A DNA stretch of 37,891 nucleotides from Candidatus Thorarchaeota archaeon (GTDB lineage Archaea > Asgardarchaeota > Thorarchaeia > Thorarchaeales > Thorarchaeaceae): contig JBHLQM010000028.1 of the NCBI GenBank assembly GCA_048884785.1, positions 1 to 37,891 on the forward strand, in the 5' to 3' direction. The notes under the pieces are model-generated. The model was not told the DNA's origin and searched no databases. It worked only from the letters and a program-made list of their open reading frames with translations. The first letter of the stretch is position 1; every line of letters starts with the position of its first letter. Shown in pieces: positions 28,379-36,865 of the stretch. The translations under genes were made by a program, and so were the position numbers.

Positions 28379-29497
28379 TCAGGTTTCCTGTTGCCATGGT
28401 ACTAGCTGAGAAACTTCTCTCAGTGTTTTCTGGGCTTCATCTATTATTTTTTCAACTACTTCCTTCACAGAAGGAATGCTCTCTATTCTACCCGTACATT
28501 CGCCTGCGAACATGAGGGCATCTTCGGATTTTCCGTTGATTAAATCGTTGAATCCGTCACGTTCGAGGTTAAGTATCTCTTCATTTGATTCAACTGGTTC
28601 TCCGAGGTAGAATCTCGGGACATCTTCAAGAGTCTGCTCTACAATCTTCTCAGCCCGCGAATTCCTGATAAAGCGCATAGGACCAAAGAGACCTCTCCCA
28701 GTTAGGGTTTGGCGTTCTTCTTTCTCAACTATAGCCTGCTTCCATATTGGTTCAAAGTCACTCTCTTTTGTGGCTATGAAACGTGTGCCCATCTGAACCC
28801 CCTTTGCACCAAGACATAGTGCGGCAGCCAATGTCGCTCCGTCACAGAAACCACCTGCAGCGACAACCGGTGTTTTCACTGCCTTTGCAACAGCTGGAAC
28901 AAGCACCATAGAATGGACTGGATCCCATGAAACGTGAGCGCCGCCTTCGTGCCCTGAGGCCACAATAATATCCGCTCCTGCCTTCTCAGCCTTTCTGGCA
29001 TGGTAAACAGATGGAACAACATGTATCCAGATTAATCCGTGTTTCTTGACCTCGGCCCAAGGAGCAGGATTACCTGCAGATGTCACTAAAACACGAAGCG
29101 TTCGTTCAATATCTGAATCACCTGCTCTTGATTCAATGACCTGCTCAACGAACATCTTGGACGCCAGCATGAACTCAGCGGCCACTGGTACATTGACACC
29201 AAATGATCCTCTTCCTCCTAGTGATTTGGCAACGGTTTCAATCGATTTGCGCAGTATCTCACGGGGCGGGTCGCTTCCGAATAATCTGACTGCATCAATT
29301 GGAGCCGCATCGGGAAGGAGAGTAGCTGCCATCCCTATGCTGCTGATGACACCTAACACACCCGCCTTTGCCGCTGCAATAGCCAACGCTTCAGTCTTAT
29401 ATGGTCCCATTCCGCCTTGCAAAATGGGATACTTGATTCCGAGGATGTCACATATCTCTGTATGAAGCGCGTCCATAGGGACTGTAAGGTGCACCAC
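28379..29497 (-). CDS. Nitronate monooxygenase / FabK-type enoyl reductase family FMN protein
   Basis: LGIKYPILQGGM, EGGAH, VAAGG..D, GA.GVQMGTRF.ATKE. Confidence 0.9.
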   Translation of the reverse strand: MVHLTVPMDALHTEICDILGIKYPILQGGMGPYKTEALAIAAAKAGVLGVISSIGMAATLLPDAAPIDAVRLFGSDPPREILRKSIETVAKSLGGRGSFGVNVPVAAEFMLASKMFVEQVIESRAGDSDIERTLRVLVTSAGNPAPWAEVKKHGLIWIHVVPSVYHARKAEKAGADIIVASGHEGGAHVSWDPVHSMVLVPAVAKAVKTPVVAAGGFCDGATLAAALCLGAKGVQMGTRFIATKESDFEPIWKQAIVEKEERQTLTGRGLFGPMRFIRNSRAEKIVEQTLEDVPRFYLGEPVESNEEILNLERDGFNDLINGKSEDALMFAGECTGRIESIPSVKEVVEKIIDEAQKTLREVSQLVPWQQET

Positions 29498-29522
29498 TTG
29501 AATTTAAGTATGGTATCTAGAG

Positions 29523-29942
29523 TTATTCGTCGAGATACCTGGTTGGAACCTTTTGGGCAGTTGATACTAATTCCGCAGCGGCCTTTGTAGCACGCATGAT
29601 TTTGCCCATGTCTCCACGTGGCAACTTAAACTTCCGAGACATCAATCCTTTGATTGGATCGATTTCCCCAGCAATCAGCCTTTTCCAGTTGGCATAGGTT
29701 CCACTATAGATAAACTCTGGATTATCTCCTGGTTCTGCCATTCTTGCCGTCCTGCACTCTCCATGCCAGAGATCCATATACATCTGCACAGTTTCTGTTA
29801 CTAGCTCCCCATCAGCCTCAACCTCGAAGAAGAAATCGCCCTCCCAAGTCTTGGCTGCTTCTCGATAAGCGTTGTTTTCCTTAAGCAAATCCCAGAATTT
29901 CTTGATCCATTCTTCCGATGCAAAATCAAGTTTGTTCGTCAT
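29523..29942 (-). CDS. SCP2 sterol/lipid-binding domain protein
   Basis: F.S.EW, Y..AA..WEGD, W..L..GEIDPI..LM..K.K...GDM. Confidence 0.85.
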   Translation of the reverse strand: MTNKLDFASEEWIKKFWDLLKENNAYREAAKTWEGDFFFEVEADGELVTETVQMYMDLWHGECRTARMAEPGDNPEFIYSGTYANWKRLIAGEIDPIKGLMSRKFKLPRGDMGKIMRATKAAAELVSTAQKVPTRYLDE

Positions 29943-30064
29943 TATCTATTCGTCTCCTAATAGGACCTATTCGATAATTGAACAGCGTGAAACAAAAGCC
30001 TTCTGGATTTTCATAAACATTCCCACAGAGTAAGCGATATTCTACTGGGTGTTGGTTCCTAGGA

Positions 30065-30715
30065 TCATATTTGCTTCAGCTTGAGACCCATGGCATCAGC
30101 TAGCTGAATCCTCTCTTTCAAATCGCCTATCTCTTGAATTGTATGTGCATCACTTCCGACAGTAAACTCACAGCCAGCATCTCTTGCCATCTCTATGAAC
30201 CATGGAAACTTAGTTTCGTATCTTTTACTCAACTCGATGGCAACATTGTTTTTCGATAGGAGTGCTGCGACAGCCTCTGCATCCTCCTCTCTACATGAGT
30301 TGAGGTATCCATCCCAATGCCCGAGGATATCAAAGTGCCATTGGCTCAGTGCTTTTTGTAATGCACTGCGCCAGGTAATAGAATCCAAAAAGAAGTGGAT
30401 GGAGCCAATCACAAGGTCAAACTGCTCAATACCTCCAGCAACTGGTGCGGGTGACCCATCCGATGCTATGTCAATCTCTGCCGCATCTATTATTCTAAGA
30501 TTTTCAAACACCTTTTGCAGATTAAGTATCTCCTCTCTTCGCTGGTTGATCAACTGTGCGCCTGCTCTCCGACTCCCAAGACAAGGCCAGAAATGGTCGG
30601 CAATCGCTATTGTATCGAGTTGCATCTTGATTGCCTTTGATGCAATCTCTCTTACAGACGCATCTCCGTCAGAGTATGTGGAGTGAATGTGTAGGTCATA
30701 ACGAGGCGAGTCCAT
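30065..30715 (-). CDS. PHP-domain phosphoesterase
   Basis: DLHIHS..SDG, ADH, GSIH, GH, GSDAH metal motifs. Confidence 0.9.
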   Translation of the reverse strand: MDSPRYDLHIHSTYSDGDASVREIASKAIKMQLDTIAIADHFWPCLGSRRAGAQLINQRREEILNLQKVFENLRIIDAAEIDIASDGSPAPVAGGIEQFDLVIGSIHFFLDSITWRSALQKALSQWHFDILGHWDGYLNSCREEDAEAVAALLSKNNVAIELSKRYETKFPWFIEMARDAGCEFTVGSDAHTIQEIGDLKERIQLADAMGLKLKQI

Positions 30716-30784
30716 ATGAGAACTGACTGATTCTAGCCATCTTATAACTCACTCTATCGAAATCACGATGCAAAAGAAATCATA

Positions 30785-30806
30785 GACGGTGGAGCGATCC
30801 ACCGTC
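30785..30806 (-). terminator. Perfect 9-bp stem-loop 14 nt downstream of the surface-protein fragment
   Basis: GACGGTGGA-GCGA-TCCACCGTC, followed on the minus strand by T-rich TATGATTTCTTTT. Confidence 0.6.
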
Positions 30807-30819
30807 ATCGGGTAATGTT

Positions 30820-31225
30820 CTATCTTCGACGCAAGCATATTATCAGCGCGACCACACCCACTGCAAGTATGCCTAGAAACAGCAAACCACCTGCTCCGTC
30901 ACCAGTTGGATTTGTGGGTGTTGTATCGGTTGTCGTCGTGGGTGTAGGTGTCGTACTAGCTGGAGTGAACTGGGTATAGGCTGTATAGACAGGGTCCTGC
31001 TGGATGCGTAGACCATTCCATTCTGGGAATGACACTGCATACCACCACTGGCTACCAGATGCTCCTACCTTGATGGTAATGTTATCATCCAAAGGCGTTG
31101 TTGGCCGCCTCCCACGCCTGTACAATTGGAATTGTGGCAAAAGGCGACATCAGCATTGTGATGACCCAGAGAGTCATGATTACGTTTTTCGATGGGAAAA
31201 TACCTCTTCTATGTATGCTACCCAT
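30820..31225 (-). pseudogene. Split/frameshifted cell-surface protein gene: signal-peptide frame (31225-31085) plus C-terminal anchor frame (ending 30820)
   Basis: Frame A is MGSIHRRGIFPSKNVIMTLWVITMLMSPFATIPIVQA|WEAANNAFG*. The overlapping +1 frame B is ...WWYAVSFPEWNGLRIQQDPVYTAY, a Thr/Pro linker, a TM helix and RRR. Confidence 0.65.
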
Positions 31226-31259
31226 CAGTATTGAAACAGATGTAGGATTGCTCCACAGA

Positions 31260-32867
31260 TTAGAAGAGCTTTTGAATGATTGATTTGAAATGACTTAGGT
31301 TCTCTTCTGGAATTATCCCCTTTTTCTCCCCGTCAATTAGGCTAGTGGCGGTTTTGGCTGTGAGTTGAATGACTTCCAGCTTCTCTTGCAGTTCGTCAAG
31401 TAATGACTGGAACTTTGCGCCTTTAGTCTCTTCAGGAACCACCACAACTCCAAAATCGGCTTGACCTTGGTTAAGAATATCCTGAATTCGTTTTACCGAG
31501 TAATAGGCTGCAACTCCTCCACTTCTATCCCAGTCTTTGACATTGGCAACATCAATGCACAATCTAACAGAACTATCTGCCGTGTGAAGTTTAAGTACTG
31601 CAGTTGCCTGTCTATCGGAAACTCCTTTCGCCATCAGTAGATTTGTTTCTACTCCAAACTCCTTTCCGGCTATCCCTAATGAGCCTGCAGTTGCATTAAT
31701 CACAACAGGCGCAGTCAATTTGATGACATAGTCAGGTTGTTCCTCTAGAGGCTCAGGTTCTCTCTCAAATAGAATGTTGTCTACTCTAGATATCGCGAAT
31801 CGAATTGCCTCTCTTGGATTTCCATTGGAGTGAACAAATGCCTCTTCAACGTCGTCATGAGACAAGGGGAAGATTGGATCTGAGGGCGGATCAATATTCT
31901 GTTCATTCCAGTACTTCTTCATAGTCATTGTGATGAACTCCTCGATATCGTTTCTTGTAAAGTCTCGAAGATGTACTGGGACCTCCATCCTGGATCTTGT
32001 TGGAGGGTCTGCAATCTCGTATATCCTTTGCCATATTTCCGTTAAGCATGAGGCTACAATAATCACATTCTTGCCCTCATTATAGAGCCGCTTTATCACT
32101 TCCAAGAAATGTCTCTCGCCTTCTTCTCCATGGGTGTTGTAGGGTCCCTCCATTTCGTCAATAAAGAAAACCACTGGAATTTCTGATCCCTCAAGCAGCA
32201 GCTTGAGAGTTGCCAAAGTCACGTCATCTTCTTCGAGAATTGTTCTCACATCAAGCTTTTCAATCTCATCATGACTGAGTGCATCTCCAAAGAGCCATCG
32301 TCTTGCAAGGTCGCGGTGAGCTGGATCGAGTCTATATCGAAGTAGAGCTTTAACAACGTCCGCAGAAATCCCTGGATATTCAACAAGCAGCCTCTCAAAG
32401 GCGTAGGTATAGTCATAGATCTCATGTGTGACACCCCTAAGACCACCAAACTTTGTGATTAACATGTCAATAGCATTCTCAAACAGCCCTTCTCCTGCTT
32501 CGTCCACTAGGCATGCATGGAAGTGAAGTGGAACCCGTACTGGGGCTGGAGGTGATGGGACATATACTGCTAGATACCTCCCCTTAGGGAATGATCCCTC
32601 TCTATCCTTCAAAGCCCAGTATAGGTGTGTTTTTCCCATGCCTGATGAGCCTAGTATTGGCTGAAATCTCGGCATTTTATCATCCATGAGAAATCTGAGT
32701 ATCCGGAATATTGCTGCATCAGCCTCTTCATGCGGCCCAGAGATATCAATATGATCTGGAGTGTCGCCTCTAGAAACATATCTCTTCAATGGCGGGTCTT
32801 CTCTCAAGATATCCATGTACAGATGTCTATCAAAATCCTGATTTGGCAGTGCTCTATCCGGCTCCAT
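31260..32867 (-). CDS. P-loop ATPase (AAA-like, distantly BrxD/DUF2791-like) with C-terminal alpha/beta domain
   Basis: GSSGMGKTHL Walker A, FFIDEME Walker B, RRWLFGD.L...E...L.V segment, SR arginine finger, GNPRE. Confidence 0.75.
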   Translation of the reverse strand: MEPDRALPNQDFDRHLYMDILREDPPLKRYVSRGDTPDHIDISGPHEEADAAIFRILRFLMDDKMPRFQPILGSSGMGKTHLYWALKDREGSFPKGRYLAVYVPSPPAPVRVPLHFHACLVDEAGEGLFENAIDMLITKFGGLRGVTHEIYDYTYAFERLLVEYPGISADVVKALLRYRLDPAHRDLARRWLFGDALSHDEIEKLDVRTILEEDDVTLATLKLLLEGSEIPVVFFIDEMEGPYNTHGEEGERHFLEVIKRLYNEGKNVIIVASCLTEIWQRIYEIADPPTRSRMEVPVHLRDFTRNDIEEFITMTMKKYWNEQNIDPPSDPIFPLSHDDVEEAFVHSNGNPREAIRFAISRVDNILFEREPEPLEEQPDYVIKLTAPVVINATAGSLGIAGKEFGVETNLLMAKGVSDRQATAVLKLHTADSSVRLCIDVANVKDWDRSGGVAAYYSVKRIQDILNQGQADFGVVVVPEETKGAKFQSLLDELQEKLEVIQLTAKTATSLIDGEKKGIIPEENLSHFKSIIQKLF

Positions 32868-32964
32868 AATTCTCCCTCAAGGCGTTCCGTAATCGGGTAT
32901 AAACATGGGGCATTATGAACCTTTGTTCGAAGATTACGAATTCAGTGGGAGTTTATCTATCGAC

Positions 32965-33106
32965 TAGAAGTACGAATTAAGGGCAGGATACTTCCAAGTA
33001 TCAGTCTTGTTGACCTCCCGTGTTGCCATCACTGATCGGTAGAATCTTGGGGGTTACTGCCCCTCCAATTGCTCTATTCCACCTCAGTGCGCCATAGAAG
33101 GACGAA
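32965..33106 (-). other. Structured intergenic element (candidate ncRNA, leader or small inserted element)
   Basis: Long imperfect hairpin 33030-33089, short hairpin 32987-33002, flanked by the near-direct repeat TAGAAG(T/G)ACGAA. Confidence 0.35.
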
Positions 33107-33187
33107 AACGATGCAAGCTGATTAGTTCTGATTTATATGCTTTCAATACTAATTAAACACGTACGCCACTTGGAGGGCTTCGCCGCA

Positions 33188-33841
33188 GTGAGCAAGGAAC
33201 TAGTAGGTCAGGTAGTCGACATCCACCAAGAAATGGGATATCAAACACTCACAATTGAAACCCCTAGAGGAGATACCGTCTTTATTCGATACGAGGGGGA
33301 TGTTGCAGGTGTAACACCCTATGTAGGCGGTGTCTACCAGATCACATATTCTGTTGATTCCGGCATCCTTAGAGCAACATTTGTCAAGAAGCCTGAGCCC
33401 GGAAGATATCGGGCTGAATTTGAGCGAGTGGATGACTACCAAGAAGCGCCTCAACCAGCCCCCTCACGTTATGATGCCTATGGTGATTACGCTCCATCTC
33501 GCACGAGCACCTATGCACCAACTCGCAGCGTATCCAAAGGTGTGCGGCCAGACGGCCTATCTCTCATAGCTGTGCTTATGCTGATTGTAGGTATGAGTGG
33601 TCTTTCATTTGGGTTCATTATCATGGCGATACCTTTCATAGCATTAATTGGCATGCTGATTGCAGTATTTGCTGGTTGCGCATTACTACTTGCTTATGGT
33701 CTGTGGACATATCACGAGTGGGCACGGATTGGCATGATTATTGTGGGGGCATTGTTTTGCCTGACAATCGCAGGCATTGTTGTAGGTGTTCCAATTATTT
33801 GGTATCTGGAGCAAAGGCGTATCAAGACCATGTTCTTCTAG
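33188..33841 (+). CDS. Membrane protein with N-terminal beta (OB-like) domain, low-complexity linker and C-terminal TM bundle
   Basis: Likely GTG start 33188 (ORF from 33137). RPDGLSLIAVL is followed by 3-4 hydrophobic helices. Confidence 0.7.
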   Translation: MSKELVGQVVDIHQEMGYQTLTIETPRGDTVFIRYEGDVAGVTPYVGGVYQITYSVDSGILRATFVKKPEPGRYRAEFERVDDYQEAPQPAPSRYDAYGDYAPSRTSTYAPTRSVSKGVRPDGLSLIAVLMLIVGMSGLSFGFIIMAIPFIALIGMLIAVFAGCALLLAYGLWTYHEWARIGMIIVGALFCLTIAGIVVGVPIIWYLEQRRIKTMFF

Positions 33842-34203
33842 GTCTTCTGAGTTGCAGTCGCCACTACATCAATGATTGGCCCGTAAGCAAAACCGGCGAG
33901 CAGAGATAGGAAGTCCTTGAATTCAGATGATAGGTAGATTGCTGAGGAAATGAGCACTCCGAATAATAGTCCTCGAATAATCGCATTGACTAGGTTTTTC
34001 TCAGAGTCGCTCTTGATGAGAACAAGGTCTCCAGCAAATCCAATCACGAGTCCCATAATGACCCGATTGTACCACATACCACTCAGGAAAATCATGTTCG
34101 CTGCATACTGCCCTTCAAGTCTTGCACCTACGCCAATAATACAGAGCACTCCAAGAATTGCTCCGGTGATGGTAGCTATTGCGATTCGTCTATAGTCTAG
34201 CAC
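33838..34203 (-). CDS. Small multi-pass membrane protein
   Basis: 121 aa, about 4 Gly-rich hydrophobic helices, overlaps the upstream gene. Confidence 0.75.
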   Translation of the reverse strand: MLDYRRIAIATITGAILGVLCIIGVGARLEGQYAANMIFLSGMWYNRVIMGLVIGFAGDLVLIKSDSEKNLVNAIIRGLLFGVLISSAIYLSSEFKDFLSLLAGFAYGPIIDVVATATQKT

Positions 34204-34676
34204 AGGATTGTACCCTCTCGACTCTTCTTGTTCCTAAGGCACTCAAGAAGCGCTTCCTTCTTTTCATCTGACATAGATCCCGTTTCTCGCCATTGAACCT
34301 CTCCACTATCATCCACGAGGAGGATCTGAATATCATCCTCACTGTCAATTTCAAGAGCATCCCTAAATGGCTCCTTGTCAATGTATAGCGTTACCGTTCT
34401 TCTTCTTGTTTCTGGATTGGGGATTCCTGCGCGCATTCCTCCATCAATTATGCGTTGGTAGATTCTGTTCATTCCACGAATGGTTGGAAGCTCGTAGTAG
34501 TCCACATTTGATTCTTCACTCACCAGTGTCTCAAGAAATGGGACCCAGCTGTTCACTAGTCTTTGCTGCCACTGTTGAAAGGCAACAATGAGAATGTTGA
34601 ACTTCGCAGGAAGTTCATCGGGAATTGTGACCTTCTCCCCCAAAAGATTGCTACCTGTAACTCTTGGAAACTTCAT
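34197..34676 (-). CDS. Thioredoxin-fold protein lacking CxxC (ATP10-like)
   Basis: FP.V.G.NL.G....IP, VAFQ..QQ..V.SW, LVD..G.V.W...G pattern. Start likely ATG 34676. Confidence 0.65.
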   Translation of the reverse strand: MKFPRVTGSNLLGEKVTIPDELPAKFNILIVAFQQWQQRLVNSWVPFLETLVSEESNVDYYELPTIRGMNRIYQRIIDGGMRAGIPNPETRRRTVTLYIDKEPFRDALEIDSEDDIQILLVDDSGEVQWRETGSMSDEKKEALLECLRNKKSREGTILC

Positions 34677-34760
34677 AAAAATCACCACTTTTACTAACAC
34701 CAAAACACCATATAATATTAACTATTGTTAATATCTAACAGGCATTGGCCTTAGACCCTG

Positions 34761-34932
34761 CAAACGCTTGAGTAGCAGACATCAAACGTTTGAGCATATC
34801 GTCCCACATAACTACCATATCTTCTTTCAACCAAAAGATGAAGATGTCTTTTACGTTCATAATAATGCTTATATATGTTTGATAGTATGTTTGATATGTA
34901 CCAAACGTACCATCAAACACAAACGTTTGATA
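34761..34932. promoter_or_regulatory. Array of operator-like TCAAAC/GTTTGA sites in the divergent intergenic region
   Basis: Palindrome TCAAACGTTTGA 34782-34793; tandem ATGTTTGATA at 34875 and 34887; ATCAAAC at 34912; palindrome CAAACGTTTG 34920-34929; degenerate CAAACGCTTG at 34761. Confidence 0.65.
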
Positions 34933-34946
34933 AATTGGTGAAAATA

Positions 34947-35861
34947 ATGTCTGAACGTACAACTTTCCGAACAATATTCGAAGACCTGAAAGAAAGTCTT
35001 GAAGGGGCTGGCAATCACATGCTGAGCTACTTCCTGGCAAATCTAGGTATGATTGTCTTTATTGTGTTCGCTCTTGCAATAGTTGCAGTCCCGATCCTTG
35101 GAATAATCATTCTCGTTGGTCCCGAAGTTTTAGCTTCCTTGGCACTAAATATGACCGGTTGGTCTCTTACTAATCCATGGAGCTTAACCCTACTTGGCGT
35201 AATTGTAATACTGCCCTTTGTTGCCTTGGGATTCATGTACCTGGGCTCACTCTTCGGAATGAGCAAAGAGGTTGTTGAGACTGGCACAACAAAGGCTGAG
35301 TCTGCTTTCTCATGGCTCCGACACAACTTCCTCTCATTCGCAGGTGCAGGAGTAGTCCTCACTCTGATTGTAGTATTACCTCAGGCTTTAGTAGTAACAA
35401 CCATCTCTTACCTTAACGGATACACGATCACTGGATGGGTGTCCTTTGGGGTATCACTCTTTGTGTTCGTATATTCATTCATCACACTAGGCTTAACCTC
35501 AATGGTTCTGCCAGCCATTGTTAATGGCAAGGGTGTTCAGGATGCGTTTTTCGAGTCATACAAGCTGGCCACCGAGCGTTTTGATCGCGTCTTCGGTGTT
35601 CACACAGCCATTGTTCTTCTCGGTCTCCTCATGTTCTCTCCCATTCTAGGACTCGGCGTTGGTTTCATCCTCTATCCTGCACTCACACTCGCCCCATTAG
35701 TGATGATTGCGATTGCGCTCTGGACGGTATTTGCAGTATTTCTCTGGTTGATTCTCCTCCTCCCAATGAGCTACATCGCCTATACCAGGGTCTATCATGA
35801 CCTGACCGGCGTCACAATCGCTCAGCAGACCCGAACCACTCCCGAGGTACCGATGGTCTGA
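34947..35861 (+). CDS. Multi-pass membrane protein (paralog 1)
   Basis: Start likely ATG 34947. About 6 TM helices. Shares GM.(K/R)E(V/I)VE...T.AE..F.W and GLTSMV.PAI..G..V.DA...S......FDRVF with the next gene. Confidence 0.8.
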   Translation: MSERTTFRTIFEDLKESLEGAGNHMLSYFLANLGMIVFIVFALAIVAVPILGIIILVGPEVLASLALNMTGWSLTNPWSLTLLGVIVILPFVALGFMYLGSLFGMSKEVVETGTTKAESAFSWLRHNFLSFAGAGVVLTLIVVLPQALVVTTISYLNGYTITGWVSFGVSLFVFVYSFITLGLTSMVLPAIVNGKGVQDAFFESYKLATERFDRVFGVHTAIVLLGLLMFSPILGLGVGFILYPALTLAPLVMIAIALWTVFAVFLWLILLLPMSYIAYTRVYHDLTGVTIAQQTRTTPEVPMV

Positions 35862-35935
35862 AATACTACCCATACGAGAGTGGCCTCCTATAATAACTCG
35901 AGGCCACTCTCAAACATCCCACATGGTGAAAAAAA

Positions 35936-36862
35936 ATGTCAATAAAAAACACGAACTCCAAAGTACTCCTGGAGGATCTTAAGGTAAGCTTCAAGTTTGC
36001 CTTCAAGAATGTCATTTCGTTCTTTCTAGGTATTCTTGGAGTCCTTCTCGTCACACTAATTGTTCTTCTTGGTATTGTGCTGATAATCTTTCCATTGCTA
36101 TTTCTCAGTGGAGGACTTGAAGTCTTCATGACGATGGTACTTGATTGGGTTATTAACTACCAGACGATGTCTGGAGCCGCAATGTTTCTCATGATCCTTG
36201 TCATCATTACTCCTATACTTGCACCACTCATGGTCGCAGTGGGAGCGCTCTATGGGATGGGACGTGAGATAGTCGAGAGCGATGGAACTACTGCTGAGGG
36301 TGTCTTTGTCTGGTATAGCAAGAAGTTCATGTCACTTGCCGGTGGCGGACTTATCCAGTTCTTGATTGCGCTTGCTCCCATTGCTGCCGTGGCTATCATC
36401 TTTGGTCCAATCAGTCTTGGACCTTCTCAATTCGGCTTGGTGGCAATTACAGTAGCTGTAATAGCAGTCTATGCAGGTATAATGACCGGGCTGACCTCAA
36501 TGGTCTTTCCTGCGATAATTGATGGACATTCTGTCCTTGATGCAGTGAAGATTTCATTCAGGATGAGCAGAACCTACTTTGATAGAGTCTTCTCTGTCTG
36601 GTTCTCGTTTCTCGGAATTGCTCTCCTTATAGCCTTGCCAATGATACTTCCACCCTTGCTGCAAATCCCGCTTATGAATGCGGGTACTCCTCTACTTGCG
36701 CTATATGCTGGCATAATGGGATTGTTTGATGTATTCATTCTCCTCCCTGCGATGGTGATTGGAATGAGCAGGATCTACTTGATCCTTTCATCAGATAATA
36801 TCTCTGGGTCAGAGCATACGGAGGAGGGCCCATCGGGTATTGGATTTGTTGGAGGTTTGTGA
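35936..36862 (+). CDS. Multi-pass membrane protein (paralog 2)
   Basis: Same motifs as paralog 1, indicating tandem duplication. Confidence 0.8.
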   Translation: MSIKNTNSKVLLEDLKVSFKFAFKNVISFFLGILGVLLVTLIVLLGIVLIIFPLLFLSGGLEVFMTMVLDWVINYQTMSGAAMFLMILVIITPILAPLMVAVGALYGMGREIVESDGTTAEGVFVWYSKKFMSLAGGGLIQFLIALAPIAAVAIIFGPISLGPSQFGLVAITVAVIAVYAGIMTGLTSMVFPAIIDGHSVLDAVKISFRMSRTYFDRVFSVWFSFLGIALLIALPMILPPLLQIPLMNAGTPLLALYAGIMGLFDVFILLPAMVIGMSRIYLILSSDNISGSEHTEEGPSGIGFVGGL

Positions 36863-36865
36863 GAG

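Noticed and set aside
30195-30686. 163-aa + strand ORF (and the many other short nested ORFs in the track)
   Set aside because: They lie within or antisense to confidently identified genes and show no motifs.
33030-33089. SECIS element, 5S rRNA, tRNA, SRP RNA or a known riboswitch
   Set aside because: A UGA/GA core is present, but it begins CUGA, the spacing is long, and no neighbouring gene shows a credible in-frame Sec UGA. Conserved boxes of the other RNA classes were not found.
34761-34932. CRISPR array
   Set aside because: The repeats are 6-12 nt, irregularly spaced and partly inverted, with no spacers of regular length and no cas genes.
34875-34946. N-terminal extension MFDSMFDMYQTYHQTQTFD of the membrane protein
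   Set aside because: It is simply the translation of the operator repeats. Alignment with the paralog supports the start at 34947.
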